Part shown: piece after piece, positions 21,285 through 31,292 of the stretch
How the letters are laid out: every line of letters starts with the position of its first letter
How positions within the stretch are numbered: the first letter of the stretch is position 1
Source: Candidatus Cloacimonadales bacterium
GTDB lineage: Bacteria; Cloacimonadota; Cloacimonadia; Cloacimonadales; JAFGVF01
Reading direction: 5' to 3'
NCBI GenBank assembly: GCA_963667035.1
Contig: OY762964.1
Coordinates: 672,001 to 736,000, forward strand
Length of the DNA: 64,000 nt
Position numbers and translations under genes: made by a program
The notes under the pieces: model-generated
Database searches by the model: none
What the model saw: only the letters and a program-made list of their open reading frames with translations
Told to the model about the DNA's origin: nothing

Positions 21285-23036
21285 CTATTTACCGGTTAAC
21301 TTAACCGGTCTGGGTATATACTTTGTATGTAAGAGATGATGAGATTTCTCGGATAACGGTTCTCCTAAAAATTCTTTATAGAGTTTTTGAATGGAAGGAT
21401 TGTTGTGAGATTCTCTAACCGCACATTCACTATCTTCCTTATAAAGACCTTTCGCTCTTTTAATTCTAACCTCATTCGAAGAACCGTATGGTTGTCCACC
21501 ACCACCGACACAGCCGTTTTGACATGCCATTACTTCTATGAAGTGATATGGTGTCGGTTTACCTTCTTTACGTGCTTGCCTTACTTCCTCGAGAAGTTTT
21601 GTAACATTTCCTAAGCCTGAAGCTACAGCTACATTAACTGTATTTCCCGCAATCTCAAGTGAGCCGTGTCTGATACCTCTGAATCCTCTAACTAATTCAA
21701 TCTCCGGTTGAGGTAACTCTTCATCCGTAATAAGTTTATATGCTGTTCTGAGAGCGGCTTCCATAACTCCTCCGGTTGAACCGAATATCGTTCCTGCACC
21801 GGAATACTCTCCCATAGGATTATCAGCTTTTCCTTCAGGAAGATTAGGAAAGTCTATACCACGCATTCTGATTAATCTGGCTAACTCTCTTGTTGTAATT
21901 GTTAAATCCACATCCTTATGCCCTGAAGCATACATGTCTTCCATTCTGTCTATCTCATATTTCTTGGCTGTACATGGCATGACTGATACTAAGAAGATAT
22001 CCTTCGGGTCGACATTCATCTTTTCAGCCCAGTAAGTCTTAACCATTGTACCTACCATTTGATGAGGTGATTTAGCGGTTGAGAAGTTATCTATCATATC
22101 AATATAGAATTTCTCTAAGAAATCAACCCAAGCCGGACAGCAAGAAGTGATAAGAGGAAACTCGTTAGGACTCTCTTTAAATATCTTAACAAATTCAGAT
22201 GCCTCTTCCATTATTGTTAAGTCTGCTCCAAAGTTAGTATCAAATACATAGTTAACTCCTAAACGACGAAGAGCAGTGTACATCTTGCCAACTACATTGG
22301 TTCCGGGTTCATATCCGAACTCTTCACCTAAAGCAACTCGTACTGCAGGAGCTTCTTGAGCGACAACTATCTTTTCCGGATTATCCAAGGCAAGCATTAG
22401 CTTATCCATGTCTTCAGTCTCATAGATAGCAGCAACCGGACAATAGGCGGAACACTGTCCGCATTTTACACATTCCGACTCGTCAAGTGAACGACCGTTG
22501 GTTGGTCCCACAAAAGTCTCAAATCCTCGATTGGACTCAGCAAGTGCATGAACAGCTTGTATCTCATTGCAAACATGTACGCATCTTCCACATTGAATAC
22601 AGTAACCGGGATCCAATGTTATTGCTGACGAGGAAGTGTCCCTTGTTGTCACGGGACGAGGTTTGTGGTCTGTCTGTGATACATGGATATGTAGTTTTTG
22701 AGCTAAATCCTGCAGCTCACAACTTCCATTCTTATGACATTCCACACAGTTGTTGGGATGTGAATAGAGAATCAGCTCTACAGCAGCTTTCCTAATAACA
22801 TCGAAATCACGGCCTTCGGTCTTTACCTCCATGCCATCATATACTGGGGTTGTGCATGCTCTAACGATTCTACCGTCTGCTTCTACAACGCATACACCAC
22901 AATTACCTGAAGGCGGTAAATCAGGATGATAACATAGGGAAGGAATCCAATAACCGGCTTTCTTGGCAGCATGAAGAATTTTCGTTCCATTCTCCACTTC
23001 AACTTCTATGCCGTTTATCTTAACTTTAACCATCAT
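21285..23036 (-). CDS. hydA: [FeFe] hydrogenase group A catalytic subunit (2Fe-2S, His-ligated 4Fe-4S, 2x4Fe-4S, H-cluster)
   Basis: H-cluster motifs TSCCPAW, MPCTAKKYE, EVMACQNGCVGGGGQP; HPNNCVEC..C; CIQCGRC; CVKCGQC. Confidence 0.93.
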   Translation of the reverse strand: MMVKVKINGIEVEVENGTKILHAAKKAGYWIPSLCYHPDLPPSGNCGVCVVEADGRIVRACTTPVYDGMEVKTEGRDFDVIRKAAVELILYSHPNNCVECHKNGSCELQDLAQKLHIHVSQTDHKPRPVTTRDTSSSAITLDPGYCIQCGRCVHVCNEIQAVHALAESNRGFETFVGPTNGRSLDESECVKCGQCSAYCPVAAIYETEDMDKLMLALDNPEKIVVAQEAPAVRVALGEEFGYEPGTNVVGKMYTALRRLGVNYVFDTNFGADLTIMEEASEFVKIFKESPNEFPLITSCCPAWVDFLEKFYIDMIDNFSTAKSPHQMVGTMVKTYWAEKMNVDPKDIFLVSVMPCTAKKYEIDRMEDMYASGHKDVDLTITTRELARLIRMRGIDFPNLPEGKADNPMGEYSGAGTIFGSTGGVMEAALRTAYKLITDEELPQPEIELVRGFRGIRHGSLEIAGNTVNVAVASGLGNVTKLLEEVRQARKEGKPTPYHFIEVMACQNGCVGGGGQPYGSSNEVRIKRAKGLYKEDSECAVRESHNNPSIQKLYKEFLGEPLSEKSHHLLHTKYIPRPVKLTGK

Positions 23037-23709
23037 AAATAATCACTCCTTAGTATAAATGAGATTTCCTAATCGAATCTGTCGTTGATATAACTAACTG
23101 TAAAGTAATTAATTATTTTAGGTTAGCAACTTCTAACTGGTCTAAATATTAGTATTCTTTATTTTTCATGTCTCTATAAATTAAGTATCCGGTAATTGTA
23201 ACTCCAAATAAAGAAAGGGAGATAGAGAGCATTGAGTATGATAGTAATGGTGTGATAATTGAGAGAGCAATGATGAGAACAATGAGTAATTTTCTTTGTA
23301 CATGACGTGAACTTAAGGCGTCAAAGATAACTAAAGCAACTACTTGATAACAGGGAGATATTAGATAGACAGATTATGCTTTCGGAACAAGCAGGGAGCA
23401 AATTGAGTATATTTATAGCAATAAAGGATATGTAATAAAATATTTTCATATGTCTTTTCAAAACGGATTTGGCGAAATTGTAAATAAAACTGTTCAATGT
23501 CAAACAATTTATTGATAGCAACAGTTAATTAATAATAGTTACCGTGTAGGTAGAGTTATTTATTATAACTCAGTAATAAGGGTTGACTTATATAATCCTG
23601 CCGATAATAGTATGTAGAAAAGTCGAAGGAATTTTATAAAATTCTATTGACAGACAAGTAGTAGTTAATTTTTTGTTTTTCCACATATCACATAGAGTGT
23701 TGTTCACAT

Positions 23710-23795
23710 GGAGGATTAGTCCTAATTGGTAAGGCAGCGGTCTTGAAAACCGCCGGGCTATGCCCTTGGGGGTTCGAGTCCCTCATCCTCCGCCA
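23710..23795 (+). tRNA. tRNA-Ser(TGA)
   Basis: Acceptor GGAGGAT/ATCCTCC-G-CCA; anticodon arm GCGGT-CTTGAAA-ACCGC; long variable arm; GTTCGAG T-loop. Confidence 0.95.
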
Positions 23796-23806
23796 TGACT
23801 CCTTGT

Positions 23807-23897
<91 letters not shown>

Positions 23898-23917
23898 GAT
23901 GTGAAAGTAGAATTTGT

Positions 23918-23992
23918 TGGGCCGTCGTCAAGCGGTAAGACACATGGTTTTGGTCCATGCATTCAGGGGTTCGAATCCTCTCGGCCCAACCA
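23918..23992 (+). tRNA. tRNA-Gln(TTG)
   Basis: TGGGCCG/CGGCCCA-A-CCA; anticodon arm CATGG-TTTTGGT-CCATG. Confidence 0.95.
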
Positions 23993-24005
23993 ACAAGATA
24001 TACAG

Positions 24006-24079
24006 TGGGCTGTAGTATAATGGCAGTACAGCGGGTTCTGGCTCCGTATGTGGGGGTTCGACTCCTCCCAGCCCAACCA
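24006..24079 (+). tRNA. tRNA-Gln(CTG)
   Basis: TGGGCTG/CAGCCCA-A-CCA; anticodon loop TTCTGGC. Confidence 0.93.
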
Positions 24080-24086
24080 GATAATT

Positions 24087-24111
24087 AAACCCTTCGATAA
24101 TCGAAGGGTTT
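24087..24111 (+). terminator. tRNA-operon terminator hairpin; left copy of the IS target duplication
   Basis: AAACCCTTCGAT-A-ATCGAAGGGTTT; identical copy at 25774-25798. Confidence 0.85.
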
Positions 24112-25773
24112 CAGACCGTTTACAAACCCAGTTATGAAAATGACTGGGTTTTTACATTGTAAGTTTATTTCTGATTAGTTGAGTACAATATCAGGATAAT
24201 GAGATTTAGCTCTATATTCGTCTAAACCAGAGCATATATTAACATAAAAAGCTAATAACATTGATGCCACTTTCCCTGATATGCCATTGAAAAGGTATTT
24301 AACCAGTTTCTTTATGTTTTGAACTACTGATGTCATATATGCTTGTTCTCGAACTCGTTCTATACCTCGATATTTCGCATACCGATAACCATGAAGTTGC
24401 TTTGCATTTGCAAAGCTTCTCTCAATGGTTTCTTTTCGTTTTTTGTATATCTCTTTGCCACAAAAGGTTAACCTGTTTTTATGGATAATCTCTCTACTGT
24501 CTTCCCATACATGACGCATGATAACTTTTTGATGGTTCTTGCTCTCGGTGCATTTGTTAAGCATTGGACAGTTTTTACAATAGCTACTCTCGGATGCATA
24601 TTCATCATAACCGTTACGGTTTGTTGTTCGATATTTAAGCTCTTTCCCTTCTGGACAGATGTATATGTCTCTATCTGAAATGAACTTAAAATCACGCTTC
24701 TTGAAAAGACCTTTTTTACCTCCAAGTCGACGATAACCTATTACTCCCATGATTCCCATATCTACTAATTCTTTGCATATATTAGCTGTATCATACCCGG
24801 CATCAAGACCTACTGCCAGGACATCAAAACCAAAACGCTCTTGCTGCACTTTTAGCCTATCAATATAGCAAGAACTGTCATTCACATTGCCGGCGGTAAT
24901 ATGAACATCTGTTATGAAGTTTACTTTAGGATCTACGGTTCTATGATCAAGATAGAAGAAACCTTGTGGTTTCTTGTCTCGCGTCATGAAACCACTGTCA
25001 GGATCTGTTTTACTAGACTTAATCTCTTTAACTTTGGGTGACGAACCGCCTTTAAAGTCATTGTCTTTAGGTGGGAGTGGCTTCTTACCGTGAGCTTTTC
25101 GGTTTTCATCCACTGTTTTATTTAGATCTTCAAGATAACTCTGAGGTGTGGTCTCTACTTTAATTGATTCATATTTGCCTTTATTAGCATTAGCTTTCAG
25201 ATGAGTTGAATCGCTATAAAGAACCTTGCCATCTACCAAACCATTCTCGATACCAAGTTTTACAATATCAATGAAAATCTCTTCAAAAACAGTGCTATCA
25301 GTAAAGCGTCTGCGACGATTCTGGCTGAAGAGAGAATGACTCGGTATTTTATCAGTAAGCCCATACCCTAAGAACCAGCGATATGCTACATTGACCTGAA
25401 TCTCTCTGATTAGTTGTCGCTCAGAACGGATACCAAATAGATAACCAATAAAAAGCATTTTGAAGAAAGTTATGGGATGCACTGGGGGACGACCGTTGTC
25501 GGGGCAATACAAATGAGCAGTTCGGTCCATAATAAAACTAAAATCTATTACCCTGTCAATCTTGCGTAGAATATGATCTTCCGGGACAAGATCATCTATT
25601 ATTACAAATTCCATTTGGGACTGTGTGTCAGAAACTTTTTTAAGCATAACCACCTCTAATTATGATGGTTTAAGTATAAACTAAGGGGGTTTTTGTCAAT
25701 GATTGATGTTCTTATTTTAAGCTAAAAAAAGACAAAGCTATGAAATCTTACTCATAGCTTTGTCAACAGTCTG
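24112..25773 (-). mobile_element. IS1182-family insertion sequence (1662 bp)
   Basis: Terminal IRs CAGACCGTTTACAAA / CAGACTGTTGACAAA (13/15); 25-bp flanking direct repeat; subterminal hairpins; single transposase. Confidence 0.9.
24175..25647 (-). CDS. IS1182-family DDE transposase
   Basis: LVPEDHILRKID, GRPP, SERQL, YRWFLG, DSTHLKANA, LDAGY, YICPEG, RKETIERSFA motifs; intact ORF. Confidence 0.92.
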   Translation of the reverse strand: MLKKVSDTQSQMEFVIIDDLVPEDHILRKIDRVIDFSFIMDRTAHLYCPDNGRPPVHPITFFKMLFIGYLFGIRSERQLIREIQVNVAYRWFLGYGLTDKIPSHSLFSQNRRRRFTDSTVFEEIFIDIVKLGIENGLVDGKVLYSDSTHLKANANKGKYESIKVETTPQSYLEDLNKTVDENRKAHGKKPLPPKDNDFKGGSSPKVKEIKSSKTDPDSGFMTRDKKPQGFFYLDHRTVDPKVNFITDVHITAGNVNDSSCYIDRLKVQQERFGFDVLAVGLDAGYDTANICKELVDMGIMGVIGYRRLGGKKGLFKKRDFKFISDRDIYICPEGKELKYRTTNRNGYDEYASESSYCKNCPMLNKCTESKNHQKVIMRHVWEDSREIIHKNRLTFCGKEIYKKRKETIERSFANAKQLHGYRYAKYRGIERVREQAYMTSVVQNIKKLVKYLFNGISGKVASMLLAFYVNICSGLDEYRAKSHYPDIVLN

Positions 25774-25802
25774 AAACCCTTCGATAATCGAAGGGTTTTT
25801 TT
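25774..25802 (+). terminator. Right copy of the duplicated terminator, retaining the U-tract
   Basis: AAACCCTTCGATAATCGAAGGGTTT followed by TTTT. Confidence 0.85.
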
Positions 25803-25873
25803 ATTTCTTGCTTTTATTTGTTACTATATGCTTTTGAAGTATTACATATAAACAAAGACATTTAAGCTAGGAG

Positions 25874-26851
25874 GTGATTTTGTCTTTCCAAGCATTCAGG
25901 GATTTATTGGATAGTAAACGTAAACCAATCTTGCAAGATTATGGATTTCAACCACCCTTGATTCTCTATTATCATACAGTATCGGATGAATCATTACCTC
26001 ATATTGAACATTTGTATAAGTACAAAGGGATAGAATCATTTAAAAGAGATTTAGACTATCTTGCATCACATTATACTATGATTTCACCTTCTCAATTATT
26101 GAATAAAGAATCGATTCCTGATGATAGTTGTCTGTTAACTTTTGATGACGGGTTCTCAGAGTGTAAGACAATTATTGCTCCTCTTTTACTGGAAAAAGGA
26201 ATAGAAGCAGCTTTCTTTATTACATCAGATTTCCTAGATAATAAGGACATGTATTTCAGAAATCAGTTGAGTGTCTTGATTAATGCGTTGGATAAAAATG
26301 AGTATTCGCAAACGCAACTAGAGTGTTGTAATTCACTGTTCCCTGATAGTATGGTGGATGGAAAAGAACTTAAAGAAGCTATTCTTACTCTTAGTTATGA
26401 GAATAAAGATATTTTGGATAGAGCGTTCACAATTCTGGATTTGGACATGAAAGAATATTTGGGAAAGTCAAAGCCATATATGAGTAGTGAGGATGTCCAA
26501 TGGTTGGTTGATAAAGGTTTCTATATCGGTTCACACTCAATTAATCATGCTCCTCTAAATAAGCTTCCTTTTGATGAACAGATTAATCAGATGCTTGAAT
26601 CAACTAACACGATTTGTAGTAAGTATAACTTACCATATCGAATTTCGTCTCTTCCACATAATGACAGAGGACTGGAAGGAGCTTTCTTTCATCAGATGAG
26701 ATTGAATCTTGATTTGTTATTCGGAGGGCACGGGTTAACTCATAAACCTAATTTTAACTACTATAAAAGGGTGAATCCTGAACACAACAGAAACATCAGG
26801 TTCTTTCTTGAAAAACAGTTCGGTATTAAATTGGTTAGGAAATATTTATAG
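25874..26851 (+). CDS. Polysaccharide deacetylase (CE4/NodB) family protein
   Basis: LYYH, LTFDDG, IGSHSINH motifs; GGAGG RBS/GTG start. Confidence 0.85.
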   Translation: MILSFQAFRDLLDSKRKPILQDYGFQPPLILYYHTVSDESLPHIEHLYKYKGIESFKRDLDYLASHYTMISPSQLLNKESIPDDSCLLTFDDGFSECKTIIAPLLLEKGIEAAFFITSDFLDNKDMYFRNQLSVLINALDKNEYSQTQLECCNSLFPDSMVDGKELKEAILTLSYENKDILDRAFTILDLDMKEYLGKSKPYMSSEDVQWLVDKGFYIGSHSINHAPLNKLPFDEQINQMLESTNTICSKYNLPYRISSLPHNDRGLEGAFFHQMRLNLDLLFGGHGLTHKPNFNYYKRVNPEHNRNIRFFLEKQFGIKLVRKYL

Positions 26852-26863
26852 TAGTAGTATATA

Positions 26864-27643
26864 TCAAAGAGCTTTATGAGTATATCCACGTAAACTGTTT
26901 AGATGGAACTTCTTATGAAAATGAAACGAGAGATAGTGAATGAAGATATTGTTTATCTTCTCAACTGACGTTTGACTTATAGTAACATCATTTATATAGT
27001 TACCTATAGAAGATAATCTCTTTAATATCAGGCTTTCGTTATTACTCAAAATGCTTTCCGAACTTATGCCTATAATCTCACTAACCAAATTATCTTGTTT
27101 TCTGCATTTCTTGCAAAGAAAACCTCCCATACTGTAAGAATAAGAGAGACTCTCCTCCAAAATATCATTACATTGAGGGCATATATTGTAATTTAGAGGT
27201 ATACCGTTAAGTTTAAAATAGCCATTAAGAAATCTCCAGAATATGAGTATATGGTTGGATTGGACAATGGGGAGATATTTTAAGTATTTTTCAAGTAAAT
27301 TATAGAAATCATTAGCTTCACTTTCATGTATTATGCTTTGTTGATAAAGTTCTGCACTAGCCGATAGTAATTGAATTATACCGTATTTTTTATTTAATAA
27401 ATGAAACTCAATAGGTTTAGCTTCGACAACTGTCCATAGTTCACTGTTAGGTGATCCTGTAAACTCACCGTCAAACTCATTTAGTAAGCCAAATACAGAG
27501 GAGAAGCGATTCTTAGGTTTCTTAGCTCCTTTGGCAATAGCTGAGAAGATACCGTATTCATTGCTTAGAAGTAACAATACATAACTTGATTCACTATAAT
27601 CTGTGATTCTAAGTACAATGCATCTGGTTGACATTTGTGACAT
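26864..27643 (-). CDS. recO: DNA repair protein RecO
   Basis: IVLR..DYSES, AKGAKKPKNRF; CPQC...GGFLCKKC zinc finger. Confidence 0.88.
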   Translation of the reverse strand: MSQMSTRCIVLRITDYSESSYVLLLLSNEYGIFSAIAKGAKKPKNRFSSVFGLLNEFDGEFTGSPNSELWTVVEAKPIEFHLLNKKYGIIQLLSASAELYQQSIIHESEANDFYNLLEKYLKYLPIVQSNHILIFWRFLNGYFKLNGIPLNYNICPQCNDILEESLSYSYSMGGFLCKKCRKQDNLVSEIIGISSESILSNNESLILKRLSSIGNYINDVTISQTSVEKINNIFIHYLSFHFHKKFHLNSLRGYTHKAL

Positions 27644-27648
27644 AGTTG

Positions 27649-29139
27649 TTATTCTGTTGGTATCAGGTATCCAAGCCTTTCCAATTCAGTTCTTGCTTCT
27701 CTGAAATCAAGAGGATTTACATAAACGGTCTTCTGATTTTTATATATTACGTAACCGGGAACAGCTCCCCTCGGTTTTGTTACATATCTAATCTGAGTGT
27801 AGTCAACCGGTACGTTAACTGAAGTCTTTGCTTTACTATAATAAGCCGCTAAGCGGCAACATATCTCCATGAGTTCATCTGGAGGATTGAGTTTGGAATA
27901 ATTCCTTAATACAACATGTGTACCTTGATAGATTCTCGTATGAAACCACCAATCATTATGCTTAGCAACTCTGGTAGTAAGTAAATCATTCTCTCTTGCT
28001 TTTCTGCCAATCATAATCTCCCAGTCGGCATTGATTCTGAGTCTCCTGAATGGCAAGGATTGTTGCTTTTTATGTGATGCATGTTTAGCACTGGTAATAT
28101 CTATCATTTCAGTGTAAGTATCAATTCTTGAGATTCTATCCATTTCATGTTGTAACTCTTTAAGCTCTAACTTGGTTGTTGAGATGTTTTCCTTGATTCT
28201 TTCAATTCCGGAACGTGCTTTTCTGAACTTTTTCAAGTAATACTGAAGATTCTCTTGTGGCTTTTTATCAGGAAAGAGTTTTATAGAAATCTCTTCTTGA
28301 TCAGGAGAATAATAGTTAGTTGTTTTAAACTCTGTATCACCGGGTTTGATAGAATGAAGATTATACTTAATCAATTCGGCTTTCCGGTGCCATTCCTCTT
28401 GTCTATTGGCAGAGTTCATTTCCTCTTGTTGCTTATGAAGCTTGTTCTCCACTTTCTTTATTGCTTTAGCTAATGAGTTTATCTTTTGCTTTTTAAGATG
28501 ACCTAATCTTTTGGAAAGTTCCACTTCATAAAACAGATTCTCAAACCATTCATTAATGGAACTTCCACTCCATTTATACTCATCCGTAAGGATGCTGTAA
28601 TCCGAACAATCATCATCTTTATTGACTTTGAAATCTGTTTCAGGTAGCATATATTCAATGTTAAGAAGTATTTGTCTCTGACTGTTCTCGGCAAGACTGA
28701 ATTTTCTCAGTGCTTCGGCTATAATGAGTTTGTTCTCTTCTTTACGGCATAACACAATATTCTGGAAACGAGGGATGAGTTCAACGACAAGAACATAGTG
28801 AGTGGTTTGGTTATAGATATCTCGTTTCAAGAAGTGAAACATCATAATTCGGTCATCATCTGCTAAAGAGATTTCTGACAATCTAGCTGAAGACAGCATT
28901 TGAGATATGTTGTTAATCTTAAAATCAGACTTAAAGGGTAACTCATCCCTTTTTGTAATAAAAGGGAAGCAATCTCTTTGATTAAGATTTATCTGTATTT
29001 TTGACTGCTGTTTTTTAAAGCTGATTAAGTATTGATCTTCGAATCCGGAAATGCTTTCCAAGCCGGTTTCGGGAATCGTAATGCTATCAATCCATTTTTT
29101 TAAATATATCCATTTCATAAATTCATACTTATTCAGCAT
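27649..29139 (-). CDS. rqcH: NFACT/RqcH (FbpA-like) ribosome quality-control protein
   Basis: DRIM.F, ELI....N, coiled coils, GRKAREND.LT, WFH....GTHV, AAYYSK, VPVDYT, KP.GA.PG.V.Y. Confidence 0.85.
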   Translation of the reverse strand: MLNKYEFMKWIYLKKWIDSITIPETGLESISGFEDQYLISFKKQQSKIQINLNQRDCFPFITKRDELPFKSDFKINNISQMLSSARLSEISLADDDRIMMFHFLKRDIYNQTTHYVLVVELIPRFQNIVLCRKEENKLIIAEALRKFSLAENSQRQILLNIEYMLPETDFKVNKDDDCSDYSILTDEYKWSGSSINEWFENLFYEVELSKRLGHLKKQKINSLAKAIKKVENKLHKQQEEMNSANRQEEWHRKAELIKYNLHSIKPGDTEFKTTNYYSPDQEEISIKLFPDKKPQENLQYYLKKFRKARSGIERIKENISTTKLELKELQHEMDRISRIDTYTEMIDITSAKHASHKKQQSLPFRRLRINADWEIMIGRKARENDLLTTRVAKHNDWWFHTRIYQGTHVVLRNYSKLNPPDELMEICCRLAAYYSKAKTSVNVPVDYTQIRYVTKPRGAVPGYVIYKNQKTVYVNPLDFREARTELERLGYLIPTE

Positions 29140-29352
29140 TGATAACTGTCAAATGAAACTATCGAGCAATTATGTATTAACTCAGATAGCAGATAAAAAT
29201 GCTTAGCAGAATAAAGATTACAAGTAAGTTTAATAGTGGATTAAATAGCTTTCAAGTACTGAAATTTTGCTTGACATCTGAATTTGAGGTATATTATGAG
29301 TATTGGCGATATTATTAGGACATAAAAAATATAACTAATCAAGGAGAACACA

Positions 29353-30228
29353 ATGAACGCATTTAAGGTTTTAACCATTATCCTTGCAATCACAACAATT
29401 GCAGCCGGGGTTTATCTCGGAGTCGTAATGAAAGAAAAGACTGCCGTAGTTGCAGAAAAAGACCAGATTATTGCTTCTTATGAAGAAGCTACAACTGTTA
29501 TCAGTGATATCCAAAGTAGTTTGGATGCTATTAATCCTGAGTCGGTTAAAGAGATTATGAAGAACACTGAAGTGCCTAAAGATGCTTCATTAAGCGAAAG
29601 AAAAGCTCACATGATGAAAGCTATCGGTGACATCAATGCTCAAATTGAAGGCTATAAGAAGGATCTTGCCGATCTTGAGAAGAAACTGAAAAATAAGAAC
29701 ATTGGCTTCAATAAACTCAACAAGATGGTTGCTCAGCTTCAAAAAACTATCGAAGAAAAAGAAGCTATGATTGTTGAACTCAATTCCGAGATTGAGAAAC
29801 TTAATCTTACAATTCAAACAGAAAGAGCTCAACATAAGACAGCTATTGCTGAAAAAGACAAAACTATCTCTGATAAAGAGGCAGAAATCAGAGACAAGCA
29901 TCATTCTAAATATAACATCTATTATGTTATCGGCACAAAGAAAGAGCTTATCGAGCAGGGGCTTGCCACTAAGAAAGGTGGTTTCTTATGGTTCGGTAGA
30001 GTTACTGACGTAGCTAAGAACTATGATACATCAATGTTCCAGCAAATGAATTTACTTGATAGCGATGAAATCATTCTTCCTACAACTATGAACAGAGTTA
30101 AGGTTATGTCCGACCAAAACGCTGCTTCTTATACAGTTACAGACATGAGTGATACAGAATCTGTTCTTAAAGTAACGGATTTAGAGACATTTGCTCAGAA
30201 CAAATATGTAGTTATCCTTGTTAAATAA
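29353..30228 (+). CDS. Membrane-anchored coiled-coil protein of unknown function
   Basis: N-terminal TM, long heptad region, YYVIGTKKEL...KKGGFL C-terminal domain; AAGGAG RBS. Confidence 0.7.
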   Translation: MNAFKVLTIILAITTIAAGVYLGVVMKEKTAVVAEKDQIIASYEEATTVISDIQSSLDAINPESVKEIMKNTEVPKDASLSERKAHMMKAIGDINAQIEGYKKDLADLEKKLKNKNIGFNKLNKMVAQLQKTIEEKEAMIVELNSEIEKLNLTIQTERAQHKTAIAEKDKTISDKEAEIRDKHHSKYNIYYVIGTKKELIEQGLATKKGGFLWFGRVTDVAKNYDTSMFQQMNLLDSDEIILPTTMNRVKVMSDQNAASYTVTDMSDTESVLKVTDLETFAQNKYVVILVK

Positions 30229-30374
30229 AGTCGATATTGAATCTTAAGGGGTACCTTTTCGGTCCCCTTTTTTCATTCTATAAAACTAGAGGGTAAGACA
30301 GATAGTAATAAATGTCTTGCTAAACAAGGAAGTGATTTCTAAATTTGAAGATAAAAAACAAAAGAGAGGTATGT

Positions 30375-31292
30375 ATGAGCATTCTAAAAGTCGTTAATGT
30401 TAGCAAGAAGTTTGACAAGCTCAAAGCAGTTGACGATATCTCTTTTTCTATTGAGAAGGGAAAAGTTTACGGCATTTTAGGTCCCAACGGGGCAGGGAAA
30501 ACAACTACAATACGTATGATTATGAGCATAATAATTCCTGATTCTGGAGTCATTGAAATATTGGGTGAAAAGGATTTAAAGAAAGTAAATCATAAAATTG
30601 GTTATCTACCTGAGGAACGTGGAATCTATAGGAAAATGAAAGTCAACGATGTATTACGATTCCTTGGAGAGCTAAAAGAGATGAAGGGTAAGAAAGCTCA
30701 AACCGAGATAGACTACTGGCTAGAGAAGCTGGAACTAATCAAATGGAAGAAATCAAAGGTTGAGGAGTTATCAAAAGGTATGCAACAGAAACTACAGTTC
30801 ATTGCAACTGTTATGCCTAAACCGGATATACTCATTCTAGATGAACCGTTTCTTGGATTAGACCCAATCAATACCCAGTTGATTAAAGACGTAATTATGG
30901 AGGAGAAACAGAGAGGAACCACCATCATCTTCTCGACTCATCAAATGGAATCAGCCGAAAAGCTTTGCGACGAAATTATGTTGATCAACAAAGGTAAGAA
31001 GATACTCGACGGAACTGTTCAGGCAGTAAAGAGACAATTCGGAAATAAGAGTGTTCAAATTGCTTATACAGGTGACAACAGTTTCCTTAATACTTTTGAA
31101 GGAATAAGAAGCTATAATGATTTCGGTAACTATGTAGAGATTAATCTGGAACCTGAAATAGAACCTCATAGCTTATTGAAAGCTATTGTAGATAAAGTCA
31201 ATATTAGTAGATTTGAAGTAATGGAACCTTCATTGCATGATATTTTTATAAAGTCTGTAAAAGGTGAAGATACTGAGGAGGTTGTGAGATGA
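30375..31292 (+). CDS. ABC-2 transporter ATP-binding protein (YhaQ/NatA-like)
   Basis: GPNGAGKT, LSKGMQQK, LILDEP, STH motifs. Confidence 0.9.
   Translation: MSILKVVNVSKKFDKLKAVDDISFSIEKGKVYGILGPNGAGKTTTIRMIMSIIIPDSGVIEILGEKDLKKVNHKIGYLPEERGIYRKMKVNDVLRFLGELKEMKGKKAQTEIDYWLEKLELIKWKKSKVEELSKGMQQKLQFIATVMPKPDILILDEPFLGLDPINTQLIKDVIMEEKQRGTTIIFSTHQMESAEKLCDEIMLINKGKKILDGTVQAVKRQFGNKSVQIAYTGDNSFLNTFEGIRSYNDFGNYVEINLEPEIEPHSLLKAIVDKVNISRFEVMEPSLHDIFIKSVKGEDTEEVVR

Noticed and set aside
23220..23290. Further 11-bp arrays here and near 44880-44990 and 16650-16810
   Set aside because: Only weak 11-12-nt echoes (CAATG/TAATG, TGGTAC, TGTTAA); too degenerate to call without statistics.
23710..23795. 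Possible tRNA-Sec supporting the selenoprotein
   Set aside because: Anticodon is TGA (reads UCA Ser), not TCA, and the acceptor stem is a normal 7 bp. No sel genes are in this window.
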